This document shows positions 20,088 through 29,322 of a DNA stretch of 64,000 nt, in pieces. This stretch comes from Candidatus Latescibacterota bacterium (GTDB taxonomy: Bacteria > Latescibacterota > UBA2968). The stretch lies in assembly GCA_965198115.1 (NCBI GenBank), contig OZ240241.1:3106935-3170934 (forward strand), written 5' to 3'. The number at the start of each line of letters is the position of its first letter. Within the stretch, counting starts at the first letter, position 1. A model generated the notes under the pieces. That model saw nothing but the letters and a program-made list of their open reading frames with translations. It was not told the DNA's origin and did no database searches. The translations under genes were made by a program, and so were the position numbers.

Positions 20088-20413
20088 TTATCCTGTTCAT
20101 ACCGAACATCATCGTGTCTATCTTTGTGCTCATCCTTGGCCTCTTCCTTGCCAACTTCACCAGACAGATTGTTGTCACCTATTCCAGGAACGTTGGCATA
20201 CAGAATGCCGATACGATGGGTGAAATCACGCAATACGCGATTGTCATCTTTGTCGTCTCCATCGCTTTGACGCAGATGAATATCGGTGAAGAAATTATAG
20301 CCAACTTGATTCTTGTCCTGTTTGGAGCCGTCTGTTTAACGTTGGCTCTCGCATTCGGGCTCGGCGGTCGCGATTGGGCGTCGGGTGTGATCGAAAAATT
20401 TTGGGAGAAATGA
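20088..20413 (+). pseudogene. Conserved-TM-helix-repeat membrane protein, 3' fragment
   Basis: After removing the IS and one TSD copy, the frame continues NQVIL-FIPNIIVSIFVLILGLFLANF... in phase with 18420..18713. Confidence 0.6.
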
Positions 20414-20786
20414 AGCAAATGCTTTTCGCAAGGGATGTCGGGAATATGAATTAGAATCTGCCCACCATACGACGCTCTTCGGTCCTTCCAGTTTCGGCAG
20501 CTCTGATGGTCGCAACGACCCCCCCTCCTCCGTCTTGGGAAGAGGGGTTCTGCCAGGCAAAGTCAGCCAGCGCAGGGCGTGCAAGACCGAGGACTGGAAG
20601 TCTTAAAGGTTGCCTATTTACGACGTGTCAGGCTTATCCATGTTCTTCGCTCTCAGGAACGCCAGCCTGACCTCGGGTTCGTAGATCACTCCGGCACCCC
20701 TCTTCGGCACCCTCGTGACCGTGTTCCGTCTTCAACTCCAGCCCTTGATCTTGCGATAGTTCTCGAGTCGAAGAGGTCAGGTCGAT

Positions 20787-20974
20787 CAGCCATTGTTGTA
20801 CTCCACAGGCACCCGCACCGTAAACGTGCTGCCCTTGCCCACCTCGCTCACCACACCGATGGTCCCGCCCAGAAGCTCAGCGAACTTCCTCGTGATGGAC
20901 AACCCCAACCCGGTCTCTCGGGTGCTTTCGGTGCATCCGCCGTGTGATCGAACGCGAAACCGTGGACTCGTCGG
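20787..20974 (-). pseudogene. Histidine-kinase HATPase_c C-terminal remnant A
   Basis: Reverse translation gives [41 protein letters not shown]-stop. No upstream kinase body is present; it runs into the 3' end of the neighbouring gene. Confidence 0.5.
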
Positions 20975-22060
20975 TCAGCCAGCGTAGCGTTTTCGCAACT
21001 CTCGCGCCGCGGCCGCTTCGTTGCTGAGCTTCTGGTAGGGCTCCTCCAACTGCATGTTGCCCCCCAGCCCGGGTGAGAATCCACAGTCGGGATTAATACT
21101 CAGGCGGTTCGCGTCGACGTGCTTCATGGCCTCCTCGACGCGTCCGACGATCTCCTCCGTCGTATCGATCTTTTGGAATCGGCACTCAACGGCGCCCAGG
21201 CCGATGAGCTTATCCTCCGGCAGCTGCTGGAGAATGGCGACATCCCCGGCGACGGGGATGCTAAATTCCATGACATATTGATCGACACCAATGCGCTTCA
21301 TGGTATCGATGATCGGCTCGTATCCCCCTTCAGCCCCCCAGCCCCTACGGCCATAGTTGCGGCGGCACAGGTGCAGGGCGGTCTGCACCTTGTCGATACC
21401 GGCGATCATCTCGTTGATCTTGTCGGCGGCCAGGTCCATCTCATACTGGGGGTCATCGAAAGAGTCGCGGTACTCGGGATCGACGAGCACGCACAGATGC
21501 GGTTCGTCTATCTGCACAACTGTGACTCCAGTATCCTGCAGGGACAACAATTCGTCGCGGAGTATGGGTACGAGGGCCTCGATGAAGCTGTCGCGAGTCG
21601 GGTAGGCCTTCGATGACACGTCCCGCTCCCACAACCTGACCCCGAGGAGATAAGGCGACGGGACGCAGACCTTGGTCATGCGATCGGTTGCCTCGACGAG
21701 GAAGCGGGCCTCCTCGGCAATCAGGCCGGGTTTGACCACGTCCATGGGTTCGGTGACGGAGATACCCCAACGGTGTGGCTCGGTGCGCAGGTCCACGGAA
21801 AACCCGGTGGCGATGTCGGCGACGATGTGCGTGTAGGCGTGCCGGCGCCACTCGCCGTCGCTGACCAGATCAAGTCCCGCCTGCTCCTGAACGGCGATGG
21901 CGTAGCGCACAGCGGCATCCATCTGGGGGGAACGAGCGGCCTCGGCCGACTCAGGCCCAGGAGTATCGGGGAGCATCTCCCGCACCATCAGGGGCCGCGG
22001 AAGGCTGCCGACGACACCCGAGGCGAAGGGGGTTTCTGCAAATCGCTTGGATATGGCCAT
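20975..22060 (-). CDS. Cobalamin-independent methionine synthase (MetE) C-terminal-domain-like methyltransferase
   Basis: 361 aa with GSLPRP, DGEWRR, IDEP, and LHLCRRN / NPDCGF zinc-ligand-like motifs typical of the Meth_synt_2 family. Confidence 0.8.
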   Translation of the reverse strand: MAISKRFAETPFASGVVGSLPRPLMVREMLPDTPGPESAEAARSPQMDAAVRYAIAVQEQAGLDLVSDGEWRRHAYTHIVADIATGFSVDLRTEPHRWGISVTEPMDVVKPGLIAEEARFLVEATDRMTKVCVPSPYLLGVRLWERDVSSKAYPTRDSFIEALVPILRDELLSLQDTGVTVVQIDEPHLCVLVDPEYRDSFDDPQYEMDLAADKINEMIAGIDKVQTALHLCRRNYGRRGWGAEGGYEPIIDTMKRIGVDQYVMEFSIPVAGDVAILQQLPEDKLIGLGAVECRFQKIDTTEEIVGRVEEAMKHVDANRLSINPDCGFSPGLGGNMQLEEPYQKLSNEAAAARELRKRYAG

Positions 22061-22117
22061 AAGTCGTACCTCCGACTGGCAAACGACAGGTGGTGACGGA
22101 GTTACATCGTAACCACC

Positions 22118-22393
22118 TTACCCTCGACGAGGGGGGTCTCCTCCGTGGTCGTGACGGCGCAAGGAAATCTGTGCCCTTACCGGCGTCGCCGTGACACCTT
22201 GCTTGTCCAGGGCGATGAAGTGGATGCTGCCCGCATTCTGCGGCGGAAGCTCACTCCTAATACTCAAGCGGCACCCGCACCGTAAACGTGCTGCCCTTCC
22301 CCACCTCGCTCTCCACGCCGATTGGTTCCGCCCAGCAGTTTCGCGAACTCCTTCGTAATAGACAGCCCCAACCAGTCTGAAGGAGGGCCCCAA
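22118..22393 (-). pseudogene. Degenerate hybrid-kinase remnant B (HATPase_c end plus receiver-domain tail, frameshifted)
   Basis: GLGLSITKEFAKLLGGT...[16 protein letters not shown]-stop, with a 1-nt insertion relative to its paralogs. It is followed, in shifting frames, by HFIAL and then RCHGDAGKGTDFLAPSRP...RVRWL, which resembles a receiver alpha4-beta5-alpha5 tail. Confidence 0.45.
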
Positions 22394-22412
22394 GCCTCTG
22401 CTGAAAATCTAT

Positions 22413-22990
22413 TTACTTGGCATCCAACTCACTCATTGGTAGGCTGATCGTTACCTCCGTGCCATTTCCTACCTCGCTATCGATCTGAATCTCGCCTTCG
22501 TGATCCTGGACAATCCTGAGTCGGTGGACAATCCGAATCCCAACTTCATCCGGTCCTGGGTGGCATGAAAATCAAAATCGAAAATACGCTCCAATTGAGC
22601 GGGAGGAATACCCACCCCAGTATCGCTGATTCTGATAAAGACTTCGTCGTCAGCCGTAGAGGTACTGATGCGTATCTCTCCTGTTTCTTCGATGGCGGTG
22701 AGTGCGTTCTTGAGCACGTGCATGAAGACCTGGTTCATCTGTCCGGGAGAACAGTAGATCGGCGGAATGTCCCCGTAATTCTTGACCACGGTGATGTTTT
22801 CATCTATCCGGTTTTGCAGCAGCGTCAGAGCGCTGTCGATCCCCACGTGAAGGTCTACCACCTGGAACTCGGCTTCGTCCAGCCGGGCGAAATTGCGCAT
22901 GCTGCTGACAATGTTGCTCACCCGCCCGGTACCAGTGGCCATCACCTGGTTGCCATCGGCCAGGACCTTTATCAGCGATTGAATGGCCCG
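22413..22990 (-). pseudogene. Sensor histidine kinase HK2, catalytic (HATPase_c) part, with a frameshift near the G2 box
   Basis: RAIQSLIKVLADGNQVMATG...NALTAIEETGEIRIS...ISDTGVGIP...GFGLS. The expected ending VHRLRIVQDHEGEIQIDSEVGNGTEVTISLP...stop (22413) lies in another frame from about 22530. Confidence 0.7.
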
Positions 22991-24364
22991 GAGCTATAAT
23001 CAAAAGGTGTGGAAAAAGAGAAAGGGCGACCCTACCCTTCCCGTGAGATAGTTGATTCACACAAAACCGGGTGAGAGGCCCGGTTGGGAAGGAGGATCGC
23101 CGTGAAGGAACATACGCATAGAGCCCCATTGAAGTCCATGCCGACGTGGGAGACGGTTGACGATTGGATCCGTGAAGAGATCCAGGGCCGGTTCCAGTCC
23201 ATTCTGGAGGAGGAGGCGACCGCGTTCTTGGGCCGGTCGTGGTATGAGCGCCGAGCCGAGGTCGATAGCTCCACGGGCTACAGGAACGGCTACGGCAAGC
23301 CCCGGCGTCTCTCGACGAGCTGCGGAACGATCAAGGTCCGGCGTCCCCGGGTTCGTGGTCTGGAAGAGCGGTTTGAAAGCCGCATCCTCCCCCTGTTCGC
23401 CCGGAGAACCAGGGCCATTGGAGATCTGCTTCCCGACCTTTATCTCCACGGTCTCTCCCAGGGCGACTTCGAGTTGTCTTTGCGTGCGCTGCTCGGTGAT
23501 GGCGCGCCGCTTTCGCCGACCTCGATCGCTCGTCTTCGAGGGAAGTGGGAGGTCGACTTCCAGGACTGGAAAGAAAGGCGTCTGGATAATCGCGAACTGG
23601 TCTACGCCTGGGCTGATGGCATCTACGTCAAAGCCGGGCTCGAGCGCGAGAAGGCGTGTCTGCTGGTCGTGATCGGCGCGATGAGCGACGGCAGCAAGGA
23701 GATCCTGGCGATAGAACCCGGTTATCGAGAGTCTACAGAATCCTGGCTCACGGTGCTCCGGGATCTCCGGGATCGCGGGCTCGAACATCCTGTCCTGATC
23801 GCCGCGGACGGGAATATGGGCATCTGGGCGGCCGTTGATCAGGTCTGGCCAGAGAGCCGGCAACAACGGTGCTGGAACCACAAGATCCTCAACGTGCTCG
23901 ACAAGGTCGCCAAGCGTGCACAGGCTGAAGCCCGCGCACTGCTCGTCCAGATCCCCTATGCCGGCACGAAAAAGGAGGCCGAGAAGCTCCGGAAACGCTT
24001 TGCCGCACGGTATCGCTCACAGTTCCCTGCCGCCGTGGAGACGCTCGAAAGAGACTGGGATCGGATGGTCACGTTCTACGACTTCCCGAAGGAACACTGG
24101 AAACACCTGAGAACCACGAACGTCGTCGAGAGCCCCTTTGCTTCCGTTCGGCTTCGCACAAACGCCGCCAGGCGATTCAAGAAAGTCAGGAACGCCACGA
24201 CTCTCATCTGGCGTACGCTCAAGGTCGCAGAGAGCCGATTCAGGAAACTCACCGCGCCACACTTGCTACAACAAGTCTACGATCAGAAACACTCAACCGG
24301 ACCGCAGGTCGAAGCCGGGAAGATGGCCGCCTGATTTCTTTTACACACCTATTGACCTGAGCTC
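22991..24364 (+). mobile_element. IS256-family element, copy 2 (1374 bp)
   Basis: Same ends as copy 1, with one right-end SNP. Perfect 8-bp TSD ATGGCCCG at 22983-22990 and 24365-24372. Confidence 0.9.
23084..24334 (+). CDS. IS256-family transposase
   Basis: 416 aa, identical in protein sequence to copy 1. Confidence 0.9.
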   Translation: MGRRIAVKEHTHRAPLKSMPTWETVDDWIREEIQGRFQSILEEEATAFLGRSWYERRAEVDSSTGYRNGYGKPRRLSTSCGTIKVRRPRVRGLEERFESRILPLFARRTRAIGDLLPDLYLHGLSQGDFELSLRALLGDGAPLSPTSIARLRGKWEVDFQDWKERRLDNRELVYAWADGIYVKAGLEREKACLLVVIGAMSDGSKEILAIEPGYRESTESWLTVLRDLRDRGLEHPVLIAADGNMGIWAAVDQVWPESRQQRCWNHKILNVLDKVAKRAQAEARALLVQIPYAGTKKEAEKLRKRFAARYRSQFPAAVETLERDWDRMVTFYDFPKEHWKHLRTTNVVESPFASVRLRTNAARRFKKVRNATTLIWRTLKVAESRFRKLTAPHLLQQVYDQKHSTGPQVEAGKMAA

Positions 24365-24950
24365 ATGGCCCGATTGTCTTTATACTCTTCGGAAGAAGTA
24401 ACTTCCAGCGTCTGTTGCAGTTTGTCTATCGCACGGGTCATCGTGTCCTGCGTACTGCCGATTGCCCCCAGCGGCGTGTTCATCTCGTGTGCTACGCCGG
24501 CCACCAGATCCCCTAAAGAAGCCATCTTCTCCTGCATGAACAGTTGGTTCTGCGTTTCTCTGAGCTGGCGCAGGGTCTCTTCCAGGTCCTCCAGCGCCCG
24601 ATTCAGATAGCGGTGGAACAGGAACACAACCACCAAGAAGAGGAGAATAGTGGAAGTCGTTGAAGCGATGTGCAATCCCTTCTGGACATTTTCTGACGCT
24701 TCAACGAGAAGGGAAGATGTAAACGAACCATACTCCGTATAGAGGAACATACAAAGCGATAAGACAGCCAGAGGTACTATCCAACGTTTATCCTTCTTAT
24801 GTAAAAGGAGGAAACTGAAAGTCGGTATGACAAAGAAGAAATAATGGAGGCCGGGGGCGGGTCCAAGAAACACATTAGGTATTACGGTTATCTGAACTAT
24901 CGCGGTGCAAAGAAGGACAATAGAAGCGAGTCTGTTGCATTTTTTCTGAT
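24365..24950 (-). pseudogene. Sensor histidine kinase HK2, multi-TM sensor plus DHp (H-box) part
   Basis: KKCNRLASIVLLCTAIVQITVIP...(about 5 TM segments)...coiled coil...DLVAGVAHEMNTPLGAI (H-box)...EEYKDNRA, which then rejoins 22990 in frame. The segment is bounded by two different IS elements. Confidence 0.7.
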
Positions 24951-26328
24951 GAGCTACAATCAATAGGTGTGGAAAAATAGAAAAGGCGACCCTACACTTC
25001 CCGTGAGATAACAATATCCACGAAATACCGGGTTCACAGGCCCGGTGGGAAGGAGGATCGCCGTGGGAAAACATAAGTCGAAGTCCCCCTCGTTGTCCAT
25101 GCCGACGTGGGAAACCCTTGAGGGGTGGTTGCGTAAGGAAATCGAGGTTCGCATTCAGTCCATCGTTGAGGAGGAAGTGACCCAGTTCCTCGGACGCGGG
25201 TGGTATGAGCGCAAAGAAGCCGTAGATGCAGGATCCGGTTATCGCAACGGCTATGGGAAGCTGCGGCGATTGTCGACCTCTTGCGGCACGATCCAGATCA
25301 AGCGGCCCCGTGTTCGCGGTTTGGAGGAGCGCTTCGAGAGCAGGATTCTGCCGTTGTTCGCTCGGCGCACGAGAGAGGTGGGGGAACTGCTCCCGGAGCT
25401 CTATCTCCACGGTCTGTCTCAGGGCGACTTCGAGTTGGCCCTGCGAGGGCTTCTCGGTGATGGGGCTCCGCTCCCCCCCTCGTCGATTGCTCGCCTCCGC
25501 GGTCAATGGGAGGTTGATTACCAGACCTGGCAGGAACGACGCCTGGACGATCGTGAGCTCGTGTATGCCTGGGCCGATGGGATCTACGTCAAAGCCGGAC
25601 TTGAGAAAGATAAGGCGTGTCTGCTTGTCGTGATCGGCGCCATGAGTGACGGCCGCAAAGAGGTTCTGGGCCTGGTGCCTGGGTATCGCGAGTCGACCGA
25701 GTCCTGGCTGGCTGTCCTTAGAGACCTACGGGATCGCGGCTTGGATCACCCCATTCTGATGGCGGCCGATGGCAATATGGGCATCTGGTCTGCCGTCGAT
25801 CAGGTCTGGCCGCACACCCGTCAGCAGCGGTGCTGGAACCACAAGATTCTCAACGTCCCGGACCAGATCCACAAACGTCAGCAGCCTCAAGCTCGTGCAC
25901 TGCTCGTCCAGATTCCCTATGCCAGCACGCGTCAGGATGCGGAGAAGCTGCGCAAGCAGTTCGTCGCACGATATCGCAACGAGTTCCCGAAGGCGGTGGC
26001 AACACTCGAACGGGATTGGGATAGGATGCTCACCTTCTTCGATTTCCCAGAAGAACACTGGCGCCACCTGAGAACGACCAACATCGTCGAGAGCCCCTTT
26101 GCATCCGTGCGGTTACGAACCAACGCCGCCAAACGCTACAAGAAGGTCGTCGCGGCAAGCGCTCTCATCTGGCGAACACTGATGGTCGCCGAGAAACGCT
26201 TCCGGCGACTCAATGCACCCCATCTGTTACACGTTGTTTATGCACAGCACAACCAAACTATGACCACAATCGACTCCGGGAAGAAGCTGGCCGCCTGATC
26301 TATTTACACACCTCTTGACTCGACCTCT
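24951..26328 (+). mobile_element. Divergent IS256-family element (ISb, 1378 bp)
   Basis: Ends GAGCTACAATCAATAGGTGTGG.../...CACACCTCTTGACTCGACCTC are related to copies 1-3. Perfect 8-bp TSD TTTCTGAT at 24943-24950 and 26329-26336. Confidence 0.85.
25045..26298 (+). CDS. IS256-family transposase (divergent paralog)
   Basis: 417 aa, clearly homologous to but distinct from the 416-aa protein. Same RCWNHKILNV motif. Confidence 0.9.
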   Translation: MGRRIAVGKHKSKSPSLSMPTWETLEGWLRKEIEVRIQSIVEEEVTQFLGRGWYERKEAVDAGSGYRNGYGKLRRLSTSCGTIQIKRPRVRGLEERFESRILPLFARRTREVGELLPELYLHGLSQGDFELALRGLLGDGAPLPPSSIARLRGQWEVDYQTWQERRLDDRELVYAWADGIYVKAGLEKDKACLLVVIGAMSDGRKEVLGLVPGYRESTESWLAVLRDLRDRGLDHPILMAADGNMGIWSAVDQVWPHTRQQRCWNHKILNVPDQIHKRQQPQARALLVQIPYASTRQDAEKLRKQFVARYRNEFPKAVATLERDWDRMLTFFDFPEEHWRHLRTTNIVESPFASVRLRTNAAKRYKKVVAASALIWRTLMVAEKRFRRLNAPHLLHVVYAQHNQTMTTIDSGKKLAA

Positions 26329-28750
26329 TTCTGATTGAGCCCCAGCACAGTGAGATAGACCAAGCAGACAGGGGTATTGAACAGAATTGGATCCCACCAA
26401 CCTTGTAACAAAAAAACGCCGTGTAACCAGCGGTGAAAAAGAGGGCCAGGACACTGACTATATTTGTCAGCCGACGTTTCAGGCCTGCACTTGATACTCT
26501 CATCGGCACCCGCACCGTAAACGTGCTGCCCTTGCCCACCTCGCTCTCCACACCAATCGTCCCGCCCAGCAGCTCCGCGAACTTCTTGGTGATGGACAGG
26601 CCCAGCCCGGTGCCCTTCTGCACTGCGCTCTCCGACCCCTCAGCCTGACGGTATTCGTCAAAGATTGTTGGCAGCTCGTCGGCGGGGATGCCCTTGCCGG
26701 TGTCGCTGACGGCAATGACAAGCTGATCGTCATCCACGCTCGCATTGACCGTCACGCTGCCACTATCGGTGAACTTGATGGCGTTGGACAGAAGGTTGAT
26801 GACCATCTGCTGTAGCCGGGCCTCATCGGTGTTCGCCTCGCCGATGTCGACGGCCACGTCCTGGCGCAGCTCGACGCCCTCCTGTATCAGTGGGCTGACC
26901 GTGTCGCACGCAGACGCAATCAGTTCCTCGATGTTGAACGTAGTCGCCTCCACGTCCATACGACCCGCTTCAATCTTCGACAAGTCCATCAAGTCGTCTA
27001 TCATCGCAAGCAGACGGTCGGACGCCTGGGTGACCTTTTGAAGATTCTCTCGACTTCTCTCCTCCATCGACTTGTCGCGGCGGAGAACGAAGTCCGTGAA
27101 TCCTTTTATGGCGTTCATCGGTGTCCGTAGTTCGTGGGACATCGAGGCAAGGAACTCCGATTTGCGCTCCGTGTTCAATTGGATTTCACGGATGTCGAGG
27201 TAACGGGCGTAGCCGAGGGCGACTGCATCTGCGAACTCACGGAGTGTGGCGACTTCGTCGTCGGTGAAGCTATCTCGTTCGGATGCCGTCAGGCGTAAGC
27301 GACCATAGGCACCCGCAGGGACCTCAACGATTGCCACCCCCTCGCTGGTTCCCTGCCACGGCTCACCGGCAATGAACCGTTCGATGGTCTGTTGGATGAC
27401 TTCGGGGAAGGGGGCGGGAACGTGAGGGGACTCCGCTGTGACCGTCCCCTGAGGGTCCAACCGGTAGGCGGTGTACCGAAAGCCCACGTCCCTGAAGTAT
27501 TCCATCGTGGGACGCTCAACCGGCTCGTCGAGCACGTCGATTCCACACCCGTCGAAGGTGAGTTCTACCGTCTTGAGGCTCTCCGTCAGCAGCGACAGGA
27601 TGCGTTCAAAGTCGCTTGCTTCGTCCATCGACTGCACCTCGGCACGGAGCCGCTGCACCGATGCTTCCACCGCCAGCCGTCGGTTTTGCGCTTCCTTCTC
27701 CTGAAGCTCTTTGTATCGCGAGTGGGCGTAGCCGAACACCTCGCCAAATCGCTTGATGAGCATCAGGGGCGCTTCGTCGATCGTCTCTATCGCCAGGAGA
27801 GAAACCCCTCCACCCTCGAAAAACACCCAGTACTGATGAACTTGGGGTGGCCATTGTTCCACAGAAGTCTCTGCCCAAGTAGTGAAACCACGGTCGACGT
27901 ATCGCTGAAGGTCTTCCTTATCCGAGAGTCTGTGAGCATACGCATCTCCGCGTTGGGAAGCATCCCGCAATTCCTGATTCAGGTTGAATAGCTGAGGGGC
28001 ACCGACCGTCCCGTCGGCCTGCGTTGCCCATACTTCGTCCTTGTTCGAAACGTGGATGAAGAGTCCAGCAGCAGCCAGTGATAGTCCCAGACCATCCATT
28101 TCGCGATACACAGCCTCCACTACCGGCCCAATGTCCTCGCTCGACCGCATCCCCTGCGCCTGACCCCGCAGTCGCTCCAGCACCTGCTCGCGCTGGAGGT
28201 CCACGTTGACCTGGAACAGCTCCTTGTTGGCGTCGGACAGGGCCTGGTTGCCCTCCCGCAGACGACGGTCACGACGCACCACACGCGCTGTCTGCCAGGC
28301 GATAAGCAGCATCGATAGACCCAATCCACCCAAAAGTGCCATTCGGGCATACGCAGGCGTAACGATCACCGCGACCGACACGGTCTCTTCCGAATAGTTC
28401 AGATCACGATCAACAGCCTTAACCTCGAACGTGTAATCGCCTACAGGAAGGTCCGCGTATTCGACGCTAGTCGTCTGGGTTGCCTTCCAATCGTCGTCAT
28501 ATCCTATGAGCCGATAGACATATGCCATTCTTGTTGCCGGTGTGGTCAGGCTGCGTCCTTGATACTCAATGGCCACGTAGCGCTGGGAAGTGGGGACTGT
28601 GATTCCTGAGACGGAACCGTGCCTCTCATCGGACAGCACGTCCACAAGATTGATCCGTGGCGGCGTTGAGGAGGGACGATATCTTGTGATGCCTCCCGTT
28701 GTCGTGATCCAGAAATCGCCGTTTCGGTCTTGTAGAACGTCGGTCGTCAT
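26300..28750 (-). CDS. Y_Y_Y-domain sensor histidine kinase HK1 (5'-truncated; 3' end reads into HK2 and then into ISb)
   Basis: Last propeller blade (DRNGDFWITTTGGITRY), Y_Y_Y domain (YVYRLIGYDDDWK...DYTFEVKAVD), a TM segment, coiled coil, H-box FLASMSHELRTPMNAI, and HATPase_c ending [11 protein letters not shown]. The last ~10 codons come from the IS. Confidence 0.7.
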   Translation of the reverse strand: MTTDVLQDRNGDFWITTTGGITRYRPSSTPPRINLVDVLSDERHGSVSGITVPTSQRYVAIEYQGRSLTTPATRMAYVYRLIGYDDDWKATQTTSVEYADLPVGDYTFEVKAVDRDLNYSEETVSVAVIVTPAYARMALLGGLGLSMLLIAWQTARVVRRDRRLREGNQALSDANKELFQVNVDLQREQVLERLRGQAQGMRSSEDIGPVVEAVYREMDGLGLSLAAAGLFIHVSNKDEVWATQADGTVGAPQLFNLNQELRDASQRGDAYAHRLSDKEDLQRYVDRGFTTWAETSVEQWPPQVHQYWVFFEGGGVSLLAIETIDEAPLMLIKRFGEVFGYAHSRYKELQEKEAQNRRLAVEASVQRLRAEVQSMDEASDFERILSLLTESLKTVELTFDGCGIDVLDEPVERPTMEYFRDVGFRYTAYRLDPQGTVTAESPHVPAPFPEVIQQTIERFIAGEPWQGTSEGVAIVEVPAGAYGRLRLTASERDSFTDDEVATLREFADAVALGYARYLDIREIQLNTERKSEFLASMSHELRTPMNAIKGFTDFVLRRDKSMEERSRENLQKVTQASDRLLAMIDDLMDLSKIEAGRMDVEATTFNIEELIASACDTVSPLIQEGVELRQDVAVDIGEANTDEARLQQMVINLLSNAIKFTDSGSVTVNASVDDDQLVIAVSDTGKGIPADELPTIFDEYRQAEGSESAVQKGTGLGLSITKKFAELLGGTIGVESEVGKGSTFTVRVPMRVSSAGLKRRLTNIVSVLALFFTAGYTAFFCYKVGGIQFCSIPLSAWSISLCWGSIRKRSSQEVCK

Positions 28751-28893
28751 GTCGCTGACCAGCCCGTCCTCTCGTCAGAGACTGAAACACGATGCCATCA
28801 AAACGGCTTACCCCTCCACCTCTGACCTCCGTGCCTTCAGAAACAGATTCATAGGACACATAAAGGACAACAAGACAAAGCGGCCCCTAACCA

Positions 28894-29322
28894 ATGATGA
28901 GATCAACATTTACTTGGATTTCGATCATGGAAGGCGACCTAGACGCCTTCATTCTCTGGGTCAATAACGCGAAGGACAACGCATTCATGGAGGGCGCCCG
29001 GGATCTCGAACTGCCCATTTGGCCACTCGAACGCTGGCAGACGTTCTGGCGCGCGCGTGCAGCCTGGCGGTGTCGCGCGCTGGAAGCCGGCGACGGGCGC
29101 TGGTTTTGGCGGTTTGAGGGTCCGGTGTGTGGAGGGCTCTGCGTGGCCCTTCCGGCGCGGCGCGGCGGCGTTGAGTTGAGTGAGGTTCGAGCCGGTGACG
29201 TATCCATGCCGCAACGCAGAGAGTTCCGATTCGGCCGGGATACGGCACTGGTCGATCTGCCCGAGGCGGCCGACGTCGAACTGGAAGCTCGCTATGGATC
29301 CCCTGAGACAGGACAAACGTAG
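28894..29322 (+). CDS. Hypothetical protein (possibly starting at an internal Met)
   Basis: 142-codon ORF with G/C-rich third positions like neighbouring genes. It ends at the start of the next gene. No recognisable motif, and competing antisense ORFs exist. Confidence 0.3.
   Translation: MMRSTFTWISIMEGDLDAFILWVNNAKDNAFMEGARDLELPIWPLERWQTFWRARAAWRCRALEAGDGRWFWRFEGPVCGGLCVALPARRGGVELSEVRAGDVSMPQRREFRFGRDTALVDLPEAADVELEARYGSPETGQT

Noticed and set aside
22061-22260. Possible cobalamin riboswitch in front of the MetE-like gene (minus strand shows AAGGG..ATTTCC..GCGCCGTCAC and GGAGGAGACC, faintly like the B12 core and B12 box)
   Set aside because: The blocks are short and out of register with the consensus (no GGTGxxAATCC, no GCCACTG). 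The same nucleotides translate, across shifted frames, into a receiver-domain tail (IAL...RC..AG..DFLA.P...RVR.L) directly downstream of a kinase stub, which explains them better. An Rfam scan (RF00174) would settle it.
23057-23881. Antisense ORFs inside IS copies (23057..23881, 45452..46276, 33179..33988 and repeats thereof) as possible IS-encoded accessory genes
   Set aside because: They are fully overlapped by the motif-bearing transposase frames, are low in complexity, and their length varies between copies through single SNPs. No independent support.
24349-25506. 385-aa minus-strand ORF as one protein
   Set aside because: It is chimeric. Residues from 24950 downward are genuine kinase sequence, but the N-terminal ~185 codons are antisense to the ISb transposase, and the last 5 codons come from the copy 2 IS end.
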